Shown here: positions 1 through 12,815 of the stretch, one piece after another
How the letters are laid out: the number at the start of each line of letters is the position of its first letter
Position numbering within the stretch: position 1 is the first letter of the stretch
Origin: the human T2T-CHM13v2.0 reference genome, Homo sapiens
Assembly: GCF_009914755.1 (NCBI RefSeq)
Contig: NC_060942.1
Strand: one strand, 5' to 3'
DNA length: 64,000 nt
The notes under the pieces: model-generated
Seen by the model: the letters and a program-made list of their open reading frames with translations, nothing else
What the model was told of the DNA's origin: nothing
Databases searched by the model: none
Position numbers and translations under genes: made by a program

Positions 1-80
1 ATCCTCCTTTGTGATTTTTCATAGAAGAAAACTGAGGTCCAGTGGGGGAAGTGAATTGTACAAAATTACACACAAGTTAG

Positions 81-413
<333 letters not shown>

Positions 414-437
414 TTCTGGAGCTCTTTTGAATTCATT

Positions 438-506
438 CATTTCTTTTCTTTATAAATTACCCAGTCTGTAGTATTATGTTATAGCAATACAAAATGAACT
501 AAGACA
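438..506 (+). mobile_element. MaLR (MST/MLT1A-like) LTR 3' fragment
   Basis: tataaattacccagtct...atagcaa...aactaagaca terminus. Confidence 0.6.
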
Positions 507-999
507 GTGACCATCATACCCAAGATTCAAGGAGCCCTCCCAACCAGCTATTAAGATTTGCTCCAGAAGCTCTTGCCAGAACTTGAGTCTCAAGCATGAT
601 AAGTATCAACATGTCAATAAATTGTGCCCTATCATACATTAATATTTTGCCTCGTCTCCATTTATACAACACCTTCACATTTTTCTTTCACATGCATTGC
701 CCTAATTTCTACTGATTTATATTGTTGATGTCCTACAATAGTTTTTAGCAAGCAAACTATTTTATTTCAGCACTCCTCCTCTTGGGCTTATCCTAGTTAT
801 CAATCTGGAGGTAATGAGGGAAGATATTGAGGAAAGCAAACATTGTTTTATGAAGTGCCTGCCTCAGATATGTTTTTGTGTGATCTTCATGGAAGGTGAA
901 ATTGCTTTTCTCTGGCAAGGGGAATAGCACTGCTTTCCCCAGGCTGGGTATTCAAAGTTCTCAGACTCTGTTATCTAAAGGACCCCCATCCCAGGTTTC

Positions 1000-1500
1000 A
1001 GTGTCCCATTTTCTTCTGATCACTGCCTTGACCTTGACACAGAGGATCTATGGAGGCTGTGCACTCAGCTCTGTCATGCTACAATTTGATCCTGGGCCTG
1101 ATTTTCCAGCACAATCCACCCTGCTGCTTCAGGAGTTGAGAGTCTACTTGACAACTGTAAAAAAGGCTCTGGCTTTAACAATGTACCTTGTGTCATCAGT
1201 AGGCCACTCTGAGCCTATCATTTTCTTCCTTCAATGTTTCAAATACAGTTAAAGAAAGCCAACCCACTCCACAATCCTTACAGTTATCAAAGTCCAGATT
1301 CTGCATATTCCAATGACTCACCTTCCACTTGAACCTCATCCTGACTAACCACAGGTAGTAACCACAGCCTTTGTAGCTGGGATGCCATTCCTTGCTAGGG
1401 GTTCCCATAATTTCACTCTTGTCTCCAAATGTTGTAGCCCAGTCTACTGATTTGAAGAGTGTCCTCTTCCCCCTGGCAAATTCATGACTACCTGGAACCT
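1000..1500 (-). mobile_element. Degraded ERVL/MaLR internal (gag-like) fragment
   Basis: Minus ORF 1196-1510 contains KGCGYYLW and GVGWL...LKEENDRLR, reminiscent of MaLR/ERVL gag remnants. Boundaries approximate. Confidence 0.5.
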
Positions 1501-1504
1501 CAGA

Positions 1505-1903
1505 AGTCACCCTTATTTGCGAGCAGGGTCTTTGCAGATGTAATTAGTTAAGATTAGGTCATACTAGATGACGATCGGCTCTAAATCCAACAACTGGTGT
1601 CCTTATAAGAAGGCCACATACAGAGGCACAGAGCTAAACAGGGAAGAACACCATGTGATAACAGAGGCAGAGCTTGGAGGGATGCAGCTACAATCCAAGG
1701 AACACCAAGGATTGCCAGCAACTACCATAAACTAGAAAATAAGCATGAAACAGACTCTTCCTCAGAGCTCCTGGAAAGAATCAACCTGAAGACAGCTTTG
1801 TTTCAGATTCCTGGCCTCCTGAATTGTGAGAGAATAAATTTCTATTGTTTTAAGCCACTTAGTTTGTGGTACTTTGTTACGCCAGCCCTAGGAAACAAAC
1901 ACA
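1505..1903 (+). mobile_element. MLT1B/C-type LTR
   Basis: agggtctttgcagatgtaatt...ccttataaga...ttttaagccac...gcagccctaggaaac motifs. Confidence 0.85.
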
Positions 1904-2641
1904 CCCAGGTTCCCAAGAAAGCAGCATTTGAGGCAGAGATCTTATATGTGGTTACTCCTATGTGCTATTACACCTTACATGCTAATACTTCTGTATTAGG
2001 AATCAGTAGAGAGGGTCAGGGCAGTGATCAGGGAAGAGACAATGGCCAATGTGAGGATGCAATATCTAGTTGGTTGCCTTAAACTACAGAACCATTAGAA
2101 GAAAGAACGTTAACAATGTTTTTATACTGTCTATTTAAGAGAGAAAGGAGGAATAATATATCCACATGGTCACATTTCCCTTTGATTAAAAGTTTACCCA
2201 TGGGACATTAAGTCACCTCCACTTAAAAGGTGTACATTCATTGGCACTGTTTTCATCAGGGATGTCTGAACTATGGTAATCTGTGTGGGAGCATCATTCA
2301 GAGAAGAGAGAGGAGAAAAATGCACTAGTAGCTCCCTTTCTTGAGCTCCAATCTCCTGCCATTGTCTTTCATTGTCTAAACCCAACTAGAAGCCAGCTGC
2401 ATCAGGGGACTTGGAAATAGAGTCTACAAGTGTCCTTTACTGCAGAGAAAGGAGAGGAAATGGCTCTCAGAGCCAGCCGGCCAGGAACAGACACATCAGG
2501 CATGGTGGTATGAGGAAAAGTGCAGGGTGGCGACTTCTGAGAATCTGTCCTGGCGGCCTCCAATTCAGCCTCCTGCTCTGTATGCTGTGCTGTCTCTGCC
2601 TTTGTGGCTGACTGGGCAGAGGGACCAACTGCCTGGCAGTC

Positions 2642-4995
2642 TGTATTAGTCCGTTCTCACACTGCTAATAAAGACATACTTGAGACTGGGTAATTTATAA
2701 AAGAAAGAGATTTAATTGACTCACAGTCCAGCATGGCTGGGGAGGCCTCAGGAAACGTACAATTATGGCAGAAGGGGAAGCAAATATGTCCATCTTCACA
2801 TGGCGGCAACAAGGAGAAGTGCAGAGTGAAGGGTGGCAGCAAAGCCTCTTACAAAACCATCAGATTTCGTGATAACTCACTTACTATCAAGAGAATAGCA
2901 TGGAGATAACTGCCTCCAAGATTCAGTTACCTCTCATCAGGTTCCTCCCACAACATGTGAGGATTATGGGAACTACAATTCAAGATGAGATTTGGGTGGG
3001 GACAGAGCCAAACCGTGTCATTCCACCTCTGACCGCTCCAAAATCTCATGTCCTCACATTTCAAAAACACAATCATGCCCTTCCAACAGTCCCCCAAAGT
3101 CTTAACACATTCCAGCTTTAACTCAAAAGTCCAAGTCCAAAGTCTCATCTGTAACAAGGCAAGTTCCTTCCACCTACAAGCCTGTTAAATCAAAATCAAA
3201 TTAGTTATTTCCTATATACAATGAGGGTACAGGGATTGGGTAAATACATCCAGTCCGAATGGGAGAAATTGGCCAAAACAAAAGGACACAGACCCCATGC
3301 AAGTCCGAAATCCAATAGGGCAGTCATTAAACCTTAAAGTTCCAAAATGGTCTCCTTTGACTCCTTGTCTCACATCCATGTCATGCTGATGCAAGAGGTA
3401 GGCTCCAATGGCCTTGGGCAGCTCCACCATTGTGGCTTTGCAGGGTACAGCTCCTCTCTTAGCTGCTTTCATGGGCTGATGTTGAGTGTCTGTGGCTTTT
3501 CCAGGTGCATGGTGCAAGCTGTCAGTGGATCTACCATTCTGGGGTCTGCATGATGGTGGCCATCTTCTCACAGCTCCGCCAGGCAGTGCCCCAGTGGGGA
3601 TTCTGTGTAAGGGATCCAACCCCACATTTTCCTTTCACACTGCCCTGGCAGACATTCTCCCTGAGGGGTCTGCCACTGCCGCAAACTTCTGCCTGGATAT
3701 CTGGGCATTTCCATACATCCTCTGAAATCTAGGCGGAGGTTCCCAAACCTCAATTCTTGATTTCTGTGCACCCACAGGCTCAACACCATGTGGAAGCTGC
3801 CAAGGCTTTGGGCTTGCACCCTCTGAAGTGACAGCCTGAGCTCTATGTTGGCTCCTTTTAGCCACAGCTGGAGCTGAAGCAGCTGGGACACAGGGCATCA
3901 TGTCCTGAGGCTGCATAGAGCAGGGGGTTGCTGGGGCCAACCCAGGAAACCATTTTTCCCTCCTAGGCCTCCAGGCCTGTAATGGGAGGGGCTGCCATGA
4001 AGGTCTCTGACAGGCTCTGGATACATTTTTCCCATTTCTTGGTGATTAACTTTTGGCTCCTTGTTACTTAAGCAAATTTCTGCAGCTGGCTTGAATTTCT
4101 CCCTAGAAAATGGGGTTTTCTTTTCTGTCACATTGTCAGGCTGCAAATTTTCCAAACTTTTATGCTTTGCTTTCTCTTGTACACTTTGCTGCTTAGAAAT
4201 TTCTTCCACTAGATACCCTAAATTGTCTCTCAAGTTCAAAGTTCCACAGATCTCCAGGTCCAGACCAAAATGCCACCAGTCTTTTTGCATAGCAAGAGTG
4301 ACCTTTACTCCAGTTCCCAACGAATTCCTCATCTCCATCTGAGACTACCTCAGCCTGGACTTTGTTGTCCAAATTGTTACCAGCATTTTGGTCAAATCCA
4401 TTCAACAAGTCTCTAGGAAGTTCCAAACTTTCCCACATCTTCCTGTCTTCTGAGCCCTCCAAGTCTCCAGGAAGTTCCAAACTTTCTCACATTTTCCTGT
4501 CTTCTTGGAACAGTTGGAATAAACTGTTCCAACCTCTGACTGTTACCCAGTTCCAAAGTTGCTTCCACATTTTTGGGTATCCTTACAGCAACACCTCACT
4601 CTACCAGTACCAGTTTACGGTATTAGGCCATTTTCATGCTGCTAATAAAGACATACTTGAGACTGGATAATTTATAAAGGAAAGAGGTTTAATTGACTCA
4701 CAGTTCAGCATGGCTGGGGAGGCCTCAGGAAACTTACAATTATGGCAGAAAGGGAAGCAAACACATCCTTCTTCATATGGTGGCAGCAAGGAGAAGTGCA
4801 TGGTGAAGGTGGGGAAAACCCCCTTATGAAGCCATCAAATCTTGTTAGAACTCACGCACTATCACAAGAACAGCATGGAGATAACCACCCCCATGATTCA
4901 ATTACCTCCCATTGGGTCCCTCCCAAGATATGTGGGGACTATAGGAACTACAATTCAACATGAGATTTGGGTGGGGAGACACCCAAACCATAACA
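2642..4995 (-). mobile_element. Full-length THE1 (C/D-like) MaLR retrotransposon: LTR 2642-3020, internal about 3021-4618, LTR about 4619-4995
   Basis: Two similar ~378-bp LTRs, typical THE1-int sequence, perfect 5-bp TSD CAGTC at 2637-2641 and 4996-5000. Confidence 0.95.
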
Positions 4996-5764
4996 CAGTC
5001 CTTATGGCTGAGGACCATTGGGCCAGTGGTCTACCTCTTCTCCCAAAGTGGCCTTATGCAAGGTACCTGGAGAAGTTCCACTTATGAGACTCTATTAAAC
5101 TATTAAATACTATTTTCATTCACCACTGAGTGAATAGAAAATCAGAAATTAAGGTCCTATTTTATAGACTTCATAAAATCACTTGAATTAGTGGAGGGTT
5201 GATTGGGGTTTTGTCTTTGTCATGAGTACAAAGTATCAGTCATGATGAGCCTCATTGAGTTTTGTGGGGAGGGGTGTACCAAAGTTCGGTAGATTACATG
5301 AGTGAGGAAGGATGGCAAAGCCTCTACAGGCAAGCAATGCCTAGAAGGAGTGGCACCCGTTCTACAGACTCCACACCAGAAATAAACACTGCTCATCAGG
5401 GGTTCAGCAAGACAGAGCTCTGGATCCAGATGGACTGCTGACCAACTGTGTGAACAGAATAGTTGTTCTCAAGTCTTCCCCTGCTCATTTAAATTACTGA
5501 ACAAGTTCCACTACCATGTTAATGCCAAGCTAAATTACACTAGTCAATGCTTTTGGTCAACATAGAGGTCACCTTTTAATTTTCCCCAATCTTTTCTGCT
5601 ATAGAGCAAAGCACTAATACTGTCTTGGCTTCTGTTGCTGCAATGCAGTCTTTAGGAATTTAGTCTTAAGTAAATTCTGGTGGAGTAACTCCCGTGTAAT
5701 CCGTTTCAGTCTAGCATTTGCCAATGTCTTAGAAAAGAGGAAGACTGAAACTCAGAGCTTTATT

Positions 5765-7560
5765 TATTTAGTCAGTCAACAGAGTTTACTGAATGTTGAC
5801 TACACGCTTGGGGCTGAGAAAAACAGAAGAAACCTAAGAGACACTCTCCCTGACCCAGAGGACCATCTCATCTTGCAGTGGGAATGTAACTATGAATGAA
5901 TAAGCCTGATCTGTGGACCAGGAAAGGCTTTCTGAAAACAGTGATGTATTAGGTTGTTTGACAGTATTCCAGGCTCAGAGAGCAGCCCATAGAAAGGCCC
6001 TGAGGCAGAGAAAAGCATAGCTTATTTGAGGAGACAAAAGTTCATCATGGTCAGGGTGTAGCACTAATGGAAAGAAAAGGGTTAAAGATGATTGAACAAA
6101 GTGATTTTTAGTTTACTTATTTGTTTCTATGTTTGGCTAGGAAGCCTGCTATTCTAAACCATTAATTCGAGAATCCACATTTGAAAGCCTCAAATTTAAT
6201 TTGATGTATGTACATTTATTGGGTAAGATGTGATTCCTGACCTCAGATAACTTAGAGTCTGACAGGAAAGATAAGACACATTTTTGTAGTATTATAATAC
6301 AAGTCAGAATGTACCTTAAGGGAAAGACAGAGTGCCATATGAATGCAGGAACACCTGTGCTGGATTTGTTCCTGCATTCATTTCTTCAACAAATACTTAA
6401 ATAGTATCTTCTCTGGGGTTACAAGGATGAACAAGACACAAACTTTAACTTCAAGGAATTGATTCTACTAAGCAAGGCACATACATAAATCATTAGAATT
6501 CTTTAAGCACAGAGATAGAAATATGCACAGGCTATGATGAGATAAATCAATGGTTTTATTTTATTGAGCACTTATTAAATACTTTACATGCATTTCCCAT
6601 ACCCCCCTTACTAGGTAGGTATTCTATCCTCAGTTTTCAGATGAGAAAACTGGCACTGAGAGAAGTTAAAGCAACTTCAGAGGTCCCAACATTTGAAAGT
6701 TGAGGATACGGAATTCAAACCCAGTTCTTACTCATGACAAGCCCCAGGCTCCTAACCATCCTACATAGAATCCTGCTTCCCAATCTCTCATAGTACTCAG
6801 GGCAGAGCATCTCATCTGAGCCAGGCAGAGATGACAAATGCCTCCCTGAGCTTAGTTTAGGGATTAGGAAGTGTTGGGGAGGTGAAGGGGGGTAGGTGGG
6901 TGCCCTAATAGAGGGACAAGCTGAGTAGACCCAGGAGGAAGAAAACTATCCAATGTTAGGGTATTATGTCCATTCTAGGCTGTTGGAGATTAAGCCAGGA
7001 GGCAGAAAATGGCCAGAAATATGCCTGGAGAAGAATTGGGATCATGCAGGATATAGAATGTATAGTGGGAAACAGAACTGGAATTGGATTTGCATTTTAA
7101 AGTGATTACAAGGGCAGCTGTATGGAGGATGGCATTGAGGGAAATGAGAGTGGGAGAGAAGTTCAAGATTATCGTAGAGTTGTAGACAGGAGAAGGTGAG
7201 AGTCTGAACTTAGATATTAGCAGAATGGATGGGAGGAGAGGAGAAGCTTGAGAAAAAGTCAGGCAGTGAAGTTAATGGGCTTTCTGAATTCTGTGGCTGT
7301 GAGGAGTCAGCTTAGGGAGAAATCGGGGTTGACTTCTAGGTTCCTAACTCAGAAGATGGAGTAGATGGATGGTGTTGCCACCAAATAAGGAGAAAGCAGG
7401 TTTGGGGGTTAGGTGATGAGTTCAGCTTTGGTCATGTTGAGTTGGAAGCTCCAGTGAGACATCTAGATGAAGCAGTCCCACAAGAAACTGGGAATCTGAA
7501 TCAAAGTTCGTGATAGAAACATAGGCTAGAAAAAGATTTCGGAACCATCAGCCTAATGGT
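5765..7560 (-). mobile_element. Cluster of degraded L2 fragments with an embedded MIR (about 6560-6770)
   Basis: ttcattc...aacaaatact, gagttcagctttggtcatgttgagtt (L2) and ttttcagatgagaaaactg (MIR core). Boundaries approximate. Confidence 0.6.
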
Positions 7561-7861
7561 GGAGCTAAAGCAAGGAGAGTGGAAGAGAGTCCCCAAGCAG
7601 AGAGGGTAGAGCGAGCTGAATGTGGGATGGTCATGCGGGGCAGGCAACTCTTGGAGGGGGCACCCATGTGGAGGTCCTTAAAGAGGAATAAAGGACACTT
7701 CAGGTCGTGTAATAGTGTGAGCAAAATAGGGGAAAAAGCAAGAGGTGTTTTCAGAGAATGTAATGGTTCCATGTGGCTGGATAATAGTGGGTTTGATGCA
7801 GCTATCAGGTGATTAAGCTGGGAATGGGTTATAGTCTTGAGAGATTGAGGCCAGGCAATGA

Positions 7862-8600
<739 letters not shown>

Positions 8601-9814
8601 AAAATGCAAAGAGAAAAGAAGTAATTTTTAAATAAATAAATAAAAAAGGCAGGACTTCTATTCAGAGGCTATTTCCAATAGTTCTGAGGAGAGCCAATGT
8701 GGTTAGAATTGGGTAGGTAGCAGCAGAACTGTTAGTGGACCCACATGAAAGGGCTGTGTTTATATGTCAGAGTCAGTCAAATGTTGGCAATGTCATATGG
8801 TTCAACCTAATAGAAAGGCAAAAAGAGACAAATCCTTTAATGAAGTTCAAGAAAATATACATTATAACCATTTAAGTTAAATTGCAAAATATTTCCTGGG
8901 GCACTTGCTCTCAAACTAATAACCAAATAGCAAATATTTTCCATTTTCAATCATCTTAGGTCAATTTGAAAACAGCTTTTTAGTTTTTATTGGAGAAACT
9001 CATATTGTCTTCACTTGTTCAATGTGAAGTTGAGTTGCCAAAATTGCCTTCAGTACACATTTGTCTTTTATATTTCAAACAGAGGAAAGTTTCCATTTCC
9101 CCATTTCATTCTGAAAGCTTTCAAAAAGTTTGGGCAGTGCCCAGTGCTGTCCCCATCCCTCACTTCATCATTTCAGCTCTAGTTCTTGCACTTGGCAGAC
9201 TTCGGACGCCAAGTTTCTGCTTCAGTGCTGGTCAAAATCCCACAGAGGACTTTGGTACCAATACCCACTGACAATTCTCTGAGCTGAGAGTTGTTAACTT
9301 TTCAACACAGTGACCGAATGAAAAGAGCAGGTTGTATTATCATTTATAATCAACCAGGACTTAAAAAATTCACACACACACGAGAAGTACCCCAAGAGAT
9401 TATTAAAAAGGAAATTTTCAGGTGGTTTTCATAGAGATTCCAATTCTGTGTATCTTGGATGGGGTCTGGGAATATGTTTTTAACAAAAATTAGGTTAATT
9501 CTGACACAGGTCGTCCATACACTATTTTTTTCAGAAATTGATAAGTTAAATCAGGGCTTATTTTTTCCTAAGGATAATCACAGTCAAACAAATAATATTG
9601 TTCTTTTAAGTTGGTAGACACTCTAGCATTCTGAGTGCATTTTTATTTATTATATAGTACATCCAAAAATCATTTTTCTAAACTTTGGAAATATTTTCAG
9701 CAAATGAATGCATAAAATGAGATACTGTGTGTTTTACTAGTTTTCCTGGTATTTGAGGACAAAAGTCGTAGTTATCCCTTCTCCTGTTTTCTCCACCTCT
9801 CTAAGTATAGAAGT

Positions 9815-9878
9815 GGGGGGAGGAGTAGGAGGAGTAGGAGGAGGAGGAGGAAGAGGAGGGAAGAGGAGGAGGAGGAGG
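9815..9878. repeat. (GGA)n purine-rich simple repeat
   Basis: Direct reading. Confidence 0.9.
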
Positions 9879-12418
9879 TTGTCAGAGCATTAAGAAGCAA
9901 GAGAGTAGAATGTTACAGGGGGTGCTACAATCACCCAGATAATAGCAGGAAGTAGGGTGGAGAGGCATGTTATAAATCAGAAAGAAGAATCTTCGGAGAA
10001 GGCTGGGAAGCAGGTGATTTTCAGAGTTGAGGAAGCGGGCACACCTGCAAAACAGAAGAGATTTTTGGATGAAGGTTATAGAACAGCAGTCTAGAGGCAG
10101 CAGTGGGAGCCAGTTTCTGTCCCTAGATACTAGAGCTCCAAGAGCCTGGGAGAATGACTCATCTCTGCAGAAAGAGGTGGGAAGGAATGTCGTTGCCAGG
10201 GGACCCAGTGGCTACGACAGAAAGATGCCAAAAAAAGGTACTGGATTTCTCCCAACATCTTTGTCATTGGTCAAAAGAGACTTCCCCAAACAATGAAATA
10301 CTGTTTGGAGATCCCACTGGATATAGGACCAAAGGGCAAGCAGCACTGTGAGCAAGGATATGGAAACCCGGAATGGGATAACCTGCACAACACAAATAGG
10401 GTCAAGGATAATGTTCAGGAGTTGATTTCCTTTGGAAGCTTGGCGGGGGAAGGAATACACTCTTCAGAGCAGGACTTGAAAAGTGAGATGCTTAGGGGCC
10501 AGGCAAGTAAGGTGAATGAGTGATGGTGGATTAGTGAAGAGTGTGAACAACTAGAGATCTCCAACCTCATCTAAAGGGACTGACCTTGCCTCTGTCCAAC
10601 TATTTTCAGGTGGGCATATAGAATGTAGGGTAACAAATCCCCTGTCATTAATGAGGCCCAATGTTGGCAGCTAATTCAGATGTTAAATAAAATGCACTGT
10701 CAGCCAAACCAAACATATCTGTAGCCAGATCTACCCCGTGGGCTGCCAATGTATGGTCTCAGCTTTGGAGCCAGAGAGACTGTTATTAAACCTCTTTGAT
10801 ACTCAGTTTTCTCATTCATGAAATGATAGGTGGAAAAATACTCGACTTTGATTTTTTTGAAAGCTACTTTTGGAAACGGTTAGACTTACTCTTCATGTCA
10901 TTAAATGAATGTATGCAAAGTATTTTTCCCGTGTCTGCTACTGAGTAGATCCTCAGTAAATGGCTCTTATGTTGACCAGAATCATGCATTTTTCTCAAAA
11001 TTTTCTTCCCCAAACAATCAAGCAACTGCTTTTTCTTAGAAATGTAAAAGATTTCTGTGTCTGCAACTATCCTTCAGGTCAAGGGATGACTATTAGTGTA
11101 GAAAAGGTGTGTGGCTCAGCTCCCTTCCCTCAGCTGCCCTGCTCTAGCACCTTCCTTTCAGATCCTCTGGTCCTATAGATGCCTGAAGGTCACAGGCAGA
11201 AATATACAAATTCTACACTAAAAGAAGTTGTACAGGAACCTTTAAACAACAGCATCAAAAGCATCTGTTAAAGTAACGCTTTCCACTGAGTGCCTTGCTA
11301 GACATGGTACAAAGTGCATTCAACAGACACAGTTCCTTTCCTCTTGGAAGACCTAAGACATTCCAATGACAACAACAGATATTTTATATTCATATAAAGT
11401 GAGATAAATAGCACATGAACAAATAAATTAACGAACCTCCCTGACAAAAAAAATCGAGGAAAGGAATGCCTGCATTTATTGGTAAGAGAATAATCTGATG
11501 CACGTTACACCAGGGGAAAACTCTGCTGTCTTTTTCTGCCTATCAGGGAGCTCATAAAGAGATGAGATTTTGAAATTGAATAATCTCAAGAGATTCCTTG
11601 GTGAGTTAACAAGAAATGGATGTCCAGATATATAGAGAGGGGAGCATTCCAAATATAGTGTGAGACTTGAGGAGAGGTTTAGGGATGGAAAAAGATGACT
11701 GCTTAAATGGATTTAAATACTTTTGCCTGGAAGCATATGATCCTGGTGAAAAACTAAGATGTGACTGACTAGGAAATTCTGAGAATGAAATGATATGAGG
11801 CAATGTTCTGTTGAACTCCCCAGACCTGGCCTTCCTCAGGTAATGATCACAGGCCTGGGAAATGTCTGCCATCTTCTAGCAAGAGCTTATTTATTTTCAC
11901 CTGGTTTCATGGTGTTTTTCAGTCGGTTTAAGTCAGCTTGCTCCTCTATTCTTTTCTGCAGTCTTCCCGTGTAGGCTCAGGGTAATCTGACTACAAACTA
12001 GTACTAGGGAAGGAGACTCAGGAAGAAGGGGATAATGCACAGTTGCTCTGTTTCTAGCAGGAGTGGTTCTCACTGTGTGTGACTAGCTTGCTGAACCGTG
12101 ACCATCTGCAGTGGCTGTCAGGGGCCTATGTGTGGAAAGTTCGCCTGAACTTTCTTCCTCTTAGATTCTGCTTATCCTTGACCGGTCTTGTAGCTGTCTG
12201 GAATTTCTTGTCAAAGAAATGATATTTTGTTTTCACAAGGCTAAATTTGTTCCAGGGACTATTTTTTCTTCTTAAAAACATTGTTTCCATGATTAACTAA
12301 GGATTACAAAAAAGTTGTGGGGAGGAAACCTAATTTCTTCCAAAGTCTTTGAACCTGTCAGTTTAACTCAGCAGGAATAAAGAAATAAGCTGATTTGAAA
12401 TGTGATAACTAACTAGCT

Positions 12419-12420
<2 letters not shown>

Positions 12421-12455
<35 letters not shown>
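12421..12455. repeat. (CA)17 microsatellite
   Basis: Direct reading. Confidence 0.97.
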
Positions 12456-12460
<5 letters not shown>

Positions 12461-12589
12461 CCATATTTGTATGGAAAAAATTTCAGGATTCCAATATATT
12501 GTTTTTGCCTCTACCTATCCTGAATAGAGGTAACGGAAAGCAAAAGTAAATATTGGTTTGTAATATTCTAAGCAAAGAGTTTGGTAGTG

Positions 12590-12815
12590 GTATTTGCTGC
12601 TTGGCTTCATCCTGGCTTCTGACCTACTTATCATCTCTGTCTCCTTAGGCAAGTTACTCAGCTATAGTCTGCTTTACTTTCCTTTATGATAGATGGAAAG
12701 GGAGAGGGCTACATAATAGTACCTATGTTAGACTGGCTATGGAGATTAAATTAATGCATGTAAACTACTTGAAGAGTGCCTGACACCCAGTAAGTATTGA
12801 ATAAATGTTAGCTAG
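12590..12815 (+). mobile_element. MIR
   Basis: ccttaggcaagttact...ataatagtacct...gtgcctgacac...aataaatgttagct. Confidence 0.7.

Noticed and set aside
2657-5087. Many overlapping ORFs of 60-146 aa
   Set aside because: All lie within the THE1 element and are degenerate MaLR sequence.
8740-8812. Possible short DNA-transposon terminus (catatggttcaaccta)
   Set aside because: Only one end is visible and I cannot assign a family without a search.
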